Below, in pieces: positions 52,300 to 64,000 of a stretch of 64,000 bases of DNA. Where the stretch lies: the NCBI RefSeq assembly GCF_001447785.1, contig NW_015168655.1, positions 317,263-381,262 on the forward strand. The letters are read 5' to 3'. Made by a program: the position numbers and the translations under genes. The first letter of the stretch is position 1; each line of letters begins with the position of its first letter. A model generated the notes under the pieces. That model searched no databases, was not told the DNA's origin, and worked only from the letters and a program-made list of their open reading frames with translations. The DNA comes from Gekko japonicus. Taxonomy: Eukaryota.

Positions 52300-53316
52300 C
52301 CATGAAATTCAGTAGGTGTAAGGAAGACATACTGCCAGAAGTACAAGCTGGGTTTCAAAGAGGTAGAGGAACTAGAGATCAAATAGCCAACATTTGCTGG
52401 ATTATGGAGAAAACAAAGGGAGTACCAGAAAAACATCTACTTCTGCTTCATTGACGACACTAAAGCCTTTGATTGTGTGAATCACAACAAACTATGGCAA
52501 GTCCTTAAAGAGATGGGAGTACCAGACCACCTCACATGTCTCTTGAGAAACCTGCATAAGGGTCAAGAAGCGACAGTTAGAACTGGAAATGGAACAACTG
52601 ATTGGTTTAACATCGGAAAAGGAGTGGTGTATATTGTCACCTTGCTTATTTAATTTATATGCAGAGTATATCATGCAAAATGCCAGCCTGGATGAATCAC
52701 AAGCCAGAATTAAGATTGCTGGGTAAAAGATCAACAACCTCAGATATGCAGACGATACCACTCTAATGGCAGAAAGTGAAGAGGACCTAAAGAGCCTCTT
52801 GCTGAGGGTCAAAGAAGAGAGGGGAAAAGTTAGCTTGAAACTCAATATCAAAAAAACTAAGATCATGGCATCCGCCCCATCACCCCTTGGCAAATAGAAG
52901 GGGAAGTCATGGAAGCAGTGACAGACTTCAAGTTCCTAGGATCCAAGATCACTGCAGATGGTGACTGCAGCCATGAAATTAAAAGACTCCTGCTTCTTGG
53001 GAGAAAGTGATGGCAAACCTAGACAGCATAATAAAAAGTAGAGACATCACCCTGCCAACAAAAGTCAAAGCAGTGGTATTCCCAGTAGTAATGTATGTCT
53101 GCGAGAGTTGAACCATAAGGAAGGCTGAGCGCCGAAGAATAGATTCTTTTGAATTATGGTGCTGGAGAAGAATGAGATGGTTAGACAGTGTTATCAATGC
53201 AACAAACATGAAATTAATCAAACTTCGGAGCACGACGGAAGACAGGAGGACCTGGCATGATGTGGTCCATGGGGCTGCGAAGAGTTGGACTCGACTGTGC
53301 GACTGAACAACAAAAA
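52300..53316 (+). mobile_element. BovB (RTE) LINE, 5'-truncated with internal deletions
   Basis: QAGF..GRGTRDQIANI, NNLRYADDTTL and GLKLNIKKTKIMA-like motifs; gactgaacaacaa tail. Confidence 0.95.
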
Positions 53317-54150
53317 AGGAGGACATGCAATTGCTATAGAATCCTAGATATCTTTCGATAGCTGGATGGAGCTGATGTGTCCCTGTGGTTTTCTTTCTAG
53401 TAATAGGCTAAGTAGGATTTTTCTTCTGGCAGTACCAAAGCCATGGGTTAGATTGTTGTTTTTGTTGTGGCAGTGCCAGCAGCTCTTTGCAGCAGCACAG
53501 AAAATGTGGTGAAAGTAAATCTGCACAATGGGGCAAGGGGAAAAAAGGAAGGTGCTTTTACAAACTTGAGGAATCCAGATTTTTACAAACCTTTAACCCA
53601 TGCACCAAATAAAGAAACAGCATGTGTATACAACCACACACATTGCAACTTTAAGAAATCCTGACAGATTTCATGAGATTTCACTATTTATTTATTTATT
53701 CATTCAATTTATACCCCGCCCTCCCCGCAAGCAGGCTCAGTGCTATGGGGATGCCTAGCAGCCCTGTTTTTTTAAAAAAAGTAAAGAGTGGATTGGGGAC
53801 AGAGAGCTGAGACAGGATAGTTTGAATGAAGAATGAAAGTGGTGCTGAGAGAGCTGGAAGGGAAAGAAAAAGCAATGACAGAAGATAGGGGCAGAATGAC
53901 CATGAGAGAAGGAAGTGAGAGCCAGTGGTGGAATGGGATTTCCCATCTCCATGCATACTTGTGGATTCCACTCTTGTTTTTTTCCAATGATAAGCATGTT
54001 TTGGTTTAGCACAGCAAATTAAATATAACTATGGAGGACGTTTGCATAGACTGGAGAGGGACTTCACTCTTAAAATTACAATTGAGAAGCTACATGGATT
54101 AGTTGTTGTAGATTTTCCGGGCTGTATGGCCGTGGTCTTGGCATTGTAGG

Positions 54151-54193
54151 ACCTGACGTTTCACCAGCAGCTGTGATTGTCATCCTCAGAGGT
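54151..54193 (-). ncRNA. Minimal type I hammerhead ribozyme motif in a Penelope (Poseidon-like) pLTR fragment (about 54100-54225)
   Basis: Minus strand ACCT-CTGAGGA-t-gacaatcacagctgctggt-GAAA-CG-TC-AGGT: intact core, GUC site, 4-bp stem I, decayed stem II. Confidence 0.7.
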
Positions 54194-55949
54194 ATAACAC
54201 AGAAAGACGGAGTACTCTCTGTGTCAAGCTATGTTGATGGTTTTCATTTTCGTTTGACAGCCTGTTTGTGTCCTCTCTTTCCTGGAATGTATGCTCTGGC
54301 ACTAAAATTCCCCTAGTTTTCAGATGTATTCATCAATACAAAAATATTGTGAATCAGGGCATGTGTTACTCATGCAGCTACAGTATGTAATTAAAGTTGT
54401 CTGTAGAACTAAATTATGAAGATAAGAAAAGTCCTTATTCCTGTAGCTCATTATATACCCACACATATATTTGTATATCTGTATTGATGTATGATTTCAA
54501 TTAGTGTATAATGTTGTAATGGTTGAAGTCTCAAACATCTATTTTCCATAGAGATTTTTTTTCAAAATGAGACTATTCAGCATGTTAATGTGTAATTTTT
54601 CTTTATTTCTATGGCAGTCCCCTGCTGATTATAAAAGCACAATATACAGTTGGTAACTGTTGGAGAGAAAATTAATTGAATACGTAACTAGCATTTAATT
54701 AAAGTAGTAGTCATCTAGTAACAATAACACTTCCTTTCATTTTGGCAATTAAATATTTAAGCACACATTTTGAATATTGATTAGAGTGATCCAGCCCTGG
54801 AAATCCATAAGGAATAATGCAGTATTGATGGATATGTGTGGTGGAAGGAACACATATCTTTGAATACCATTGCCGGGGGAGGGGAACACAACAACAAAGG
54901 GAGTCTTTGGCCTCTGCACACAGTTTGTGGGTTCCAGAAGCACTTGGACCATTGGTCTGATCTAGCACAGCTGCTTGGGTGTTCATATTCCAAAATGGGA
55001 AACTTTATCTTGAAACTATGGGGAAATCCCCCCACCCGCCAGCCAGTTATTGTGTAGTTGGTCTGTAACTGTGGACTCTTTTATCTGCTATGCAAGGCTT
55101 TGCATTTGTTCAGCTGGGCTTTTGCCTTGGTTTTTGGCATGGCAATGTGCTGCAGCACAGGCTTCTTTGTAGTCAGTTTTGGGTTCCAGGATAGAGAGAG
55201 GAGGCTGCTGAGCTGAAAACAAAACATGCAGGTTTTTGCATGTTTTCTTCCATCATACTGAATGGAAGGTTTCTTTCACTTACCATGTATCTTCCCTTCT
55301 CAGTGGTTCTGAAGTGGGACATTCCTCACGTCTGGGATACGCTCCTCCTCTTTCCTCAGGGTCGGCTCCAAGCATTTGATCCAGACGGGGAGGGGCTTAT
55401 ACCCTTCTAGGCTGTCCAGTTATCTTCAAGCCCAATACACACCCGCCGGAAAGGTACTAGAAGAAAGACAACCTCTTCCCACAAACAGAGAGACTAACAG
55501 CCCCTTAAACAACAAAGGGCACAACGTAGGAAACTTAATTTCTAACTAGAACCAAACTCTCCCCTGTGATGCACTGGTCCCCTCACAACTCTGTAAAGAG
55601 GGGAGGCGCACCCAAAACTGGTGGGCAGGAATGTCCCACTTCAGAACCACTTCAGAGCTCCGAGGAGAGTGACCGCCATTGCCGATCCACCCACCGGAAG
55701 CCTCAGGAGCCTGAGTTTCTGTTCCCTTTCTGGAGACAAGAAAACCCGGTCCTATGACGTGTCTATCTCCACTTCCAGATGAGGCAGTCTGAGTAGGTTG
55801 AAGGTGACTCTTTTCCAGACTTACTACAAACCCATGTTCATTTAAAGTCTGGACTACTAGGTTCAAAGCCTGAGTGCACTCTGCATGCGATGGGGCTTTG
55901 ACAAGGATGTCGTCCAGATAAGGGAAAAGCCCCACCCCTTTCAAGCTCA

Positions 55950-56052
55950 AATTTTATTTATTTATTTATTTATTTTTGGATTTATATCCCACCCTCCCCG
56001 AAGGCTCAGGGCGGCTAACAACGAGGCACAAGTGCCAGAGTTAAAACAGATA
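55950..56052 (-). mobile_element. Short L2 3' tail inserted into the DIRS RT
   Basis: (TTTA)n plus tatcccaccctccccgaaggctcagggcggc, interrupting LVAHL/LKGVGLFPYLDD. Confidence 0.8.
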
Positions 56053-56762
56053 AATGTGCTACTAGAGTCACCAGGACCTTTGTGAAAACTCTTGGTGAAG
56101 ACTTGAGCTCGAATGGGAGAGCTCTGTATTGGAAGTGTAGATTTGTGTAACTGAAGCGTAGAAAACTCCGATATGTACTGTGTATAGGGACATGAAGGTA
56201 CGCTTCCGACAGGTCCAATGACGTTAGAAAGTCCCCTTTCTGATTAGATATCAGGATGGACTTCAATGTTTCCATCTTGAACTTTCTGTCCCGCATGTAT
56301 TTTTTCAGCCATTTCAAATCTAATATGGCTTTTGTTGTCCCATTTTTCTTCGGAACCATGAAGAATATTGAGTATACGCCCTGTCCCCGCTGGAACGAAG
56401 GCACTTTCTCTATAGCCCCAATATCTAGGAGATGGAGAATGGCCTCTTTGATCTGGAAGTGTTTCAGCCAATTTCGGTACTTTGGCATTCTCAGAAAGTG
56501 TTGGTGTGGGAAGGAGAAACTCCAGCTTGTATCCGTGGGATACCGTCTCCAACACCCACTGATCCAATATCGTCATAGGCCATCGTTCCGAAAAAGCCTG
56601 AAGCCTTCCTCCTATTTTCTGGCATTCTGTGTGGGCTAGATAGTCACGCCTGAGTTCCCTTTTGGGGGACTTTGGAAGAAGATTGTTCGCCCTTGTTAGA
56701 AGGGAAGGACTTTCCACTATGTTGTCTGGCTTGCCACTTTCCTTTGAAAGGTGTAGAATATG

Positions 56763-57452
56763 TCAGTTTCTGCCCTCTCTTTTGATCTCAAAGGGCTGAA
56801 AACGTTTCCTAGTCTTACTTTCTCTTTTATTAGAGGGAAAGACCTTCTTCTTGTCCTTGTCCTCAATTAGATATTTGTCCAGCCCATCTCCGAACAGAGT
56901 AGCTCCTTTAAAAGGGACTGCCGCCACTTTTGCTTGTGCAGCTGAGTCTACGTCCCAGTGGTGAAGCCAATTGTTTCGCCGCACCGTCACAGTACATGCC
57001 AATGCCCTAGCAGAGAGTTGTAACGTATCTAGGGTGGCATCTGCTGTAAAGGCAAGCGCCAGAGCTATTTTCTTTAGCTCGTCTTTAAATTCCTTAGGCA
57101 CCTCACTGTCAGCCGATGCCAATTTGTCTGCCCAGTCATACACTGCCCTAGCGAAAAGAGAGCCCGCTGTAGAAGCCTTAATAGCCAATGAAGAAGCTTC
57201 AAATGCCTTGCGAAGAGCCTGCTCCACCCTTCTATCTGTGTGATCTTTAGGCATCCCGTCCGCATCCATTGGGAGCACAGAGTTGGAATACAAACTAGTC
57301 ACAGGATCATCCACCATAGGAAGTTTCAGCTTCTTTGCGGCTTCTGGCATCAGAGTGTAGAACTTTGAAAAAAGGTGATGGTTAGCCTTGGGTTTTGCTG
57401 GTTGCTCTGATTCTGCCTTCATTATGTTATAAAAGGAGGCTGGAAGAGGCAA
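56763..57452 (-). pseudogene. DIRS ORF1 (gag-like, LAP2alpha-related domain) fragment
   Basis: P.VD..V, PKD.TDRR.E..L.K, RR..WL..W and PF.G..LFG motifs typical of vertebrate DIRS ORF1. Confidence 0.85.
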
Positions 57453-58527
57453 CCCTGGCTGTGCAACTTAAACATCAGTTTTCCCACCCCTCACTGAAAT
57501 TCTGATTCCTGTTCAGTCTCTTCCTTGGGTCTAGATGAAAGATCTAGAGTCCTTAATTCTTTAGGCAAGAGACGTGAGAATAATTCCTGCGGGAAAAGTC
57601 TAGATTGTACCGAAGGTACAACCTCCTCTTCCTCTTCTGCAGAGTTCCCCTTCTTCTTTTTCTGAAGAAGAAGTGGACATATCTAGGTCTAACTGGGGAC
57701 CTAGAAATGCTGGCTACCCTCTCTAATGTTCTCTTGAGAGGCCTGCTCCTATCCACAGATGAGTCCTGTGCTGTAGAGCCTTGGAGAGTCTCTTTAATCA
57801 TCTCCTTGAACTCTCGCCTCATTTCCCCTCTGAACCAGTTTAACATGTCAGCAATAATGGGTTCCCTGGAATCCAATCCTGGGGTATCCCTGAAATCTTG
57901 ATAGGTCTCGGACGTGGATGGCCTCGCCTGTATATTGTCCCCAGAGGGACTGCCTTCTTGAGCTGTTTTCTCCACCATATTGTGGACCTGTGTGTGGGGG
58001 GAATAAATCTGCTATCAGGCCTAAGTATTTCTGTCTGGGCCTAACTACCCCACCAGTTTGTATAATGGTGGTATTTCCCCCACACACCTATTTTGTCCCT
58101 TTACATGGCGGAGGCAGGCTGTTACTTGAGAATGACGAAAGCCTACAGGCCTGACGAACCCAGGAAGATTTAAAATGGCCACCACCACATTTTCTCGCTC
58201 AAATATTCTGCGCCCAAACACATATCTCTTGGCTGAGCAAGGCTTCCTCCCACCTTTCATTTTTGAAGGGCCTGGGAAGGATGGGCATTGGAGGACCAGG
58301 GCAAAATCCATCCCCCTGGGCCAAACAGGACTTCCGCGGACAAGTGGAACACACACACACTCAGCCTTGGAGACACAAATGCAGGGTCCAGAAACTCTCC
58401 AGTAGTGGCCAAACCTACCATGTTTTAGACGGGATTTAAGGAGTCGGCGTTCTTCCGCTCCATTTCCCGTTCAGCCAGACGCCTACCAGTTGGCAGTTAG
58501 GGGGAAAACTGAGTCAACGGCGCCGCC

Positions 58528-58869
58528 TTGCCGCTGCGTCTCGCAGTCTCCACGCTCCCTGTCTCCAGGAGCAGGCCCTCTGCCTCAGGGATGGGTAAGG
58601 CTGGCAGAAGCAAGCTCTGTGGGCCACCGGAGCATCGGCGCGTCCAGGAAAACCCCTGGTGCCACCCGCAGAAAAGCTCTCACTGAGCCGCCCAATTGTT
58701 GCCGCTGTGTCTCGCAGTCTCCATGCTCCCTGTCTCCAGGAGCAGGCCCTCTGCCTCAGGGATGGGTAAGGCTGGCAGAAGCAAGCTCTGTGGGCCACCG
58801 GAGCATCGGCGCGTCCAGGAAAACCCCTGGTGCCACCCGCAGAAAAGCTCTCACTGAGCCGCCCAATTG
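58528..58869. repeat. Tandem duplication, 2 x 171 bp, in the DIRS 5' region
   Basis: Copies 58528-58698 and 58699-58869 differ, by eye, only at two CpG positions. Confidence 0.95.
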
Positions 58870-59356
58870 TGTGCTAAGCACGCCGCAGCTGGAGCCGACC
58901 CTGAGGAAAGAGGAGGAGTTTATCCCAGATGTGAGGAATGTCCCACAAAGGACCACTGGAGAAATAGGCTATATACACATTTTTGTTTGTATGGAGAATT
59001 GTTATAGTATAGTTGCAAAGAGCTGTGATCTGGGAGATATAGAGTTCAGATCTGGCCTCTAATAAACTCACTGGGTAGTCTTAGAAAAGCCTCTTTTAAG
59101 CTCTCTCCCCCAGCTGTTAATTAAAATAATAATGCAGTCCTTCCTTCTAAGGTTGTTGTAAAGATTACAACACAATACTAAACGTGAAGCACTTTGAATA
59201 CTGAAAGCTGTATGTAAGTACTGCATATTACTGTTTTTCATTTATCTGGTAATTTCAGCAAGTAAGAAAGGAATGTCTGTTGTCTGTAGGTGACTGCAAA
59301 ACAGTATACCATCTGTCCAAAACTATGAATACCTTTGTTGTTGTAATTATTTTGTA

Positions 59357-59530
59357 GCCAGATCTCATCCAATCTCGGAAGCTAAGTAGGGTCGGCCCTG
59401 GTCAGTATTCGGATAGGAAGCCACAAAGGAATACAGAGGCAGGCAATCGCAAACCACCTCTGAATGTCTCTTGCCTTGAAAACCTGATGGGGTTGCCATA
59501 AGTCTGCTGCGACTTGACAGCAAAAAAAAA
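59357..59530 (+). mobile_element. 5S-derived SINE
   Basis: atctcggaagctaagtagggtcggccctggtcagtattcggatagg; gggttgccataagtc..cgacttgac tail. Confidence 0.8.
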
Positions 59531-59678
59531 ACCCCAACAAAATCCAACAACTGTATTACAACTGATTTTTATTTCAATGTACTGGGTTTTTTTGCTCTGG
59601 AAGAATCTTCAGCTCTGGTTAAAGGAGGAGCATTTATAAAGTATTGAATCTTTATATAACTTTACATCCTTAATTCAG

Positions 59679-59761
59679 GAGACATTCCTTTACATCTGAA
59701 CATAAGAGAGACCTCTGACAGTGGGAAGCCAGTTGTAGTGTCACAGCCTGAAAGCAACATG
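59679..59761 (+). CDS. NUBPL: NUBPL coding exon (equivalent to human exon 10)
   Basis: taattcag acceptor and gtgagt donor; (G)[27 protein letters not shown]; 83 bp. Confidence 0.96.
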
Positions 59762-61961
59762 GTGAGTTTAATATGGTAGTTTTGGATTTTAAAGCTGAAA
59801 TGTTTCTCTGTGTTATATGACTACCTGAAACCCTTATTTTTGTGTCAATAATCAGAATTTCAAGAGTTCATCCATTTTCTGTGATAATATATTTTCTATA
59901 ATAGTGGTTCAGTGCCTGCAGTACCTTTCTCTGTGCCTCTGTTTGATCACTGTAAGCCATGATTTGAATAAGAAGCAATTTAATCAGTATATTTGTATAC
60001 AAAACAAAGGAAAACTTTGATCAGTTAAACCTTGATTAAAGTTTCAGTATAATTTTATGGTAGATAGATTAAAGTAGGAGATGGTACACTAGAACTAGGA
60101 AATAGTATAGCTTATATAAACTTGAACATCGTTCTCACCAGGAATGGAGGAATATCTCCTTGAGTGGCACTCTGTGTAACCCAACTAAGATATTATGGCC
60201 AAAAAGCATTTCAGTGAGATAAAAAGTGGAGTGTTCTTACAGAGATAGAGATAATTGAGCTTAGTGTTTACTTTATCAGCCTATCCAAGTTGAAATCAAA
60301 ATTGTCCACTATCGTCCTATTCTAATGTCTAATAAGAAAAACATTTCCAGTGGCCCAAAAAAAAAAGAAAAATCCTGGCAAGAATTTTCAGAAGAACATT
60401 CTTCTAAAATATTATTTTACTAGTGCAAGACAGGAATGATTGTTACAAATCTTGTAGTCACAGAAGTTCTGACTTACTATACACTTTTACTCACTCCAGC
60501 AATTGTGACTCCAGTTTCTTTTCTTCGTCCACTGTTCTTCACTAGGTATATGGTAGGCAGGGGAGGAGCAGCATTTTCCAACTGTACCCATAAGTTTTTG
60601 CCAGATGTTGATGTGGGTGGTTAACTACAAAGAGTAAAGCTGTGAGTAGACTCTCATTTGGAGCTCAAGGCATCGTATATGAAGGGAGGGGCCTATTCCA
60701 AGAAGGTCTCCAGTTCAAGGGTTATCTTTGGCACAGTTGCTGTGCCTTTCAGCCACACCCTGGGATCATGTCCTGGGTAGTCACAGAACAAAGTTATTTG
60801 GAGTTTTTGGACAAGGGAAAAGGTAAAGTCAGTTAGGAAGAACTTTTCCTGAACTTGTGTTTGCTAACTTATGGCATCTGGTACGCCGAGTTGCTATTTT
60901 ATATACATATGGGAATCATGCAAGTGAATAGGCCTTCCTTTCAGTTTTTACAGCTTCAGCTCCCACAGCTGGAGAAGTAAAACTGCTTTTTGGTTTTAAA
61001 GTGCCTTGCCTCATTAACTGTAGGAAATGCATAGTGAAAACTGCAAAGAAAACTCAGTCCATATATTTGATTTCCCCATGCATGCTAAGGCTACTTTGTT
61101 TGGACATTCCCATGAATGGAAACTATATAATATAAAAAGTGTCTGAAATATAGAACCTGGGGGCTCTGTAAATCTGAAAATGTTTAAAGAATCCAGGGAA
61201 ACTGAGGCACCAAAAGGAGCTTGATGTAGTCAGTATATATTGAATGGATTTCTACAGTTTTATTTGCTCTGTTTTGTTTTTCTGTTCACTGCAGAGCAGG
61301 CCTTTGGTATCCAAATGATTGGTCAGCAAGCTATTAATGTTAAACTGTCATCTTTCTCCTTATGCTAGGGAAAATACATTTTTGCTTTCCAGAAGGGTGA
61401 TCTATATCTGTTCCCTTCAGAAACTCCAGACCAAAAAAAAAAAGGGGTGGGGGAATCTCTAAATCTAGCATATTAATATGAAAACAGTTCTGGAAGAGAA
61501 ATGAAAACTGTAAATTTCTCCTTTCCATATCCACCACTATATTTTCTCTTGTTTTATTTCAATCTGTTTTGTGTTTCTTGGTAATGATGGGACCAACAAT
61601 TGACTCCAGCTGTATTATCAGATAAATTGCCCATTAAGAGGAAAGCGAGTGAGAAAAAGGAAAGGCCGTATGTGTAGATTTTATGTAAAAAACAAAATAT
61701 AGACTAGTTGCTTACTGATGGGGTGCTAGCCAGGGATAAAAGGCTTCTTTTGTGAAAGAATCAAAGGTTATTTCTACAGTTCTAAAATGTATCATAAAGA
61801 TTTTGTTTCTTCGGAAAAAATGATCATATATAGTTGTGGTCACCGATTAACAGCTTTGAAACCAATAAAAAGTCTTCCCCTGCATAATTTTCTGCCCATG
61901 CCCTATCAATACTATATGAGAACTGGCAGGTTTGTCTTGGGAAGAACTGATGGGAGTCGAA

Positions 61962-62293
61962 TAGGGTTTCCAGGTCCCTCCTGGCAACCAGAGGGTGATG
62001 GGAGGACTTACTAGGAGCGGGAGGGAGGCCCAGGCTATGTAGCTGGCAACGTCACTTCCGACGTGTACCAGAAGTGACATCATCATGTTGCGAAATCACA
62101 GCAGCATTCTGGTATTAAAGCAAAAACCCCCCTAAAAATGGTTTCTACCATAGAGTTTTTGCCTAAATACTAGACTGTCACTGTGACCTTGCTGATGTGA
62201 TGACATCCTGGTAAGTCCTCCCCTGCCGGTCAGTAGGAGGGCATGAGCTTGGGGAGGGGGATACCTGCCTCCATCGGGGGGCTGGCAGCCCTA
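61962..62293. mobile_element. hAT (Blackjack-like) MITE
   Basis: TIRs tagggtttccag / ctggcagcccta; 8-bp TSD gagtcgaa / gagtagaa. Confidence 0.82.
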
Positions 62294-62389
62294 GAGTAGA
62301 AAATCTATGAGTTGGTGACCTGCCAACATCTGATGTGTTTCTCCACTTCAGCTTATATGAGAGCAATGGCTGTAAAATATTGTTAATTA

Positions 62390-62830
62390 ATGCATTTATT
62401 TTGTAGCCTGCTGGATGCAACTTGTGAAGTAAAAACAGTACAATACAATCCATAACAATACAAACCATAAAAAGTATCAATATTAAAACCAGCCATTAAA
62501 TAAGCAAAGACCTGTCAGCATAAAACAATATTCAGCATCCTAAAATTAGCATTCACAACACAGCCTCTGGCTAGAAGCAGGCCATAAAAATAGCTTCTAA
62601 AAAGATGGAACCCTTCAGTTAATAGCCGAGATGAAGGGAAGCATTTTTCTGGGATTCCTTAAAACACTGTAAAGTAAGTGTCAGGCAAGGTGCCACCATT
62701 GGAAAAGCCCGGTCTCTGGTTGCCTCCTGACTCATCTTGACATACAGGACATAGAGACGGGTTTTGGAACAGTATTTTAACTGGTGGGCTAGACAGTATG
62801 GGATGAGGCAGTCCTTCAAGTCCAGAAACA
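62390..62830 (-). mobile_element. Old L2 3' remnant
   Basis: LKDCL.PY, TRDRAF.MVAP.L motifs in ORF 62619..62819. Confidence 0.6.
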
Positions 62831-64000
62831 GAAAAGCAGCTCTTTCAGCAAATGGGTTACTGATAGCCTGGCTGCTGCTTTTTGGAACAGTTGAAGTTTT
62901 TCAGGTGGTTTTCAAAAGCAACCCCTTATAAAGAACACTTTTCCGATCAGAACATGGATCACTGTAACCAAGCACACTTTTTGAGGAACTGTCAATAACT
63001 GATGTAGCAGCTGAAGGAGAGGAGACCTGAACCTCTAAGTATAGGCCAAGATCCAGCAGAATCCTCAGGCTACAAACCTGCTCAGCTACAAACCAGTCTC
63101 CTCTGGGGTAGGCAGACTCCTTTGTCCTTACATGGCTGTGTCATTAATGTACAACACCTCAATTTTGTCTGACATGAGTTACTGGCCTTCAACCATCCTA
63201 TTATCATATTTGGATATTTGCCACCATCACTACTACAGAGTAGGCAAGATAATGTATTCTCATGTTTGGTTACATTTGCTTTGAGTCTTTCTCCAGTTGC
63301 ACTCTATCTGTCCAGCCATTTTATCACTCCAAGCAACAGCAATAGCAAAAGGAGATGTAGTGGGGCTTTGCCAGTATGTTAGTTGGATGGTTCTTTGAAA
63401 AAAGAATTAGATTAATAAGTCTAGCTATTAGCCATGATAGAAAATGATAGAACCACATGACCCTAGCTAGCTAACTGCCATAAATCAGTGAGAGACCACA
63501 TGTTTTCCTTGCCTAAGGTATAGAAATAATACTCTAATTAAAAGGTCTTAGATAGCAGAGCTGAGAAGACCTCTGAGGTTTTGGAGAGCCACTGCAGAGT
63601 ACACATTATTAAGCTAGATAGTCTTTGCTCAGTACAATGTTATGTCAGAAGGCATGGCTTCATGATCATGATGGATAAGGGAAACCTTAGACACATTTTA
63701 AATCAGTGGCATTAGCCCAACTCATCTTCCAGGGTGTTGAGATGATATGGCTCTAATGAGGCTCTTCCTTGGCTCTCTTTTAGTTATTTGTTCAATATTT
63801 TTGATAACCATAGTGAGGAAAGGAACGTTGAGTATCTTTTCTGTTAGGATAGCTACAGCACATCAGCATTTTCCTGGAAAGATACCAGCACTGTGTCTTG
63901 GCTAAGACTGGCTGCATAGCTGAGTTTATGTGAACTAAAGCAATAAATTCTGCTCTAATATTTCAGTGTAATATTGCAGTACTTTTGATACATATGTATA

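Larger units (their letters stand above)
55261..58964 (-). mobile_element. DIRS1-type retrotransposon with both termini, ORF1 and RT, internally deleted for MT, YR and half of the ICR
   Basis: Left ITR tttctccagtggtcc.. at 58964, right ITR at 55261-55370; RT motifs ILDLK.L, SLDLSEAYLHVPI, QYRALPF and PYLDDIL; half-ICR at 55620-55651. Confidence 0.93.

Noticed and set aside
56763-57452. LAP2alpha/TMPO host gene
   Set aside because: Sits between the DIRS ITR and RT and is frameshifted; it is DIRS ORF1, the source family of that domain
58490-59062. 190-aa ORF with an internal repeat
   Set aside because: Antisense to the DIRS 5' region; produced by the 171-bp (57-codon) duplication
59762-64000. 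Final NUBPL exon
   Set aside because: No AKAY-like terminal coding exon found; presumably downstream of the window

Overview
Eukaryotic (vertebrate) genomic DNA. The repeat content (L2, CR1, BovB, 5S- and tRNA-derived SINEs, DIRS, Penelope, hAT MITEs) points to a squamate reptile, probably a gecko (inference). The whole window lies inside the NUBPL (Ind1, mitochondrial complex I Fe-S assembly factor) gene on the + strand. Four coding exons are present (94, 86, 121 and 83 bp, equivalent to human exons 7-10); the upstream exons and the last exon are outside the window. The introns are packed with often nested transposable elements. The most notable structures are: (i) several families of Penelope-like elements carrying minimal hammerhead-ribozyme motifs, as fold-back palindromes and as non-coding elements with target-site duplications (TSDs); (ii) two defective DIRS tyrosine-recombinase retrotransposons of one family that retain complementary halves; (iii) multi-level nested insertions with intact TSDs; (iv) hAT elements carrying Penelope fragments; (v) a few motif-dense candidate enhancers. 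There is an assembly gap at 36526-36828. Most ORFs in the supplied track are TE remnants or spurious. I cannot demonstrate a wholly new system; the best candidates are variations on known ribozyme and retroelement biology.
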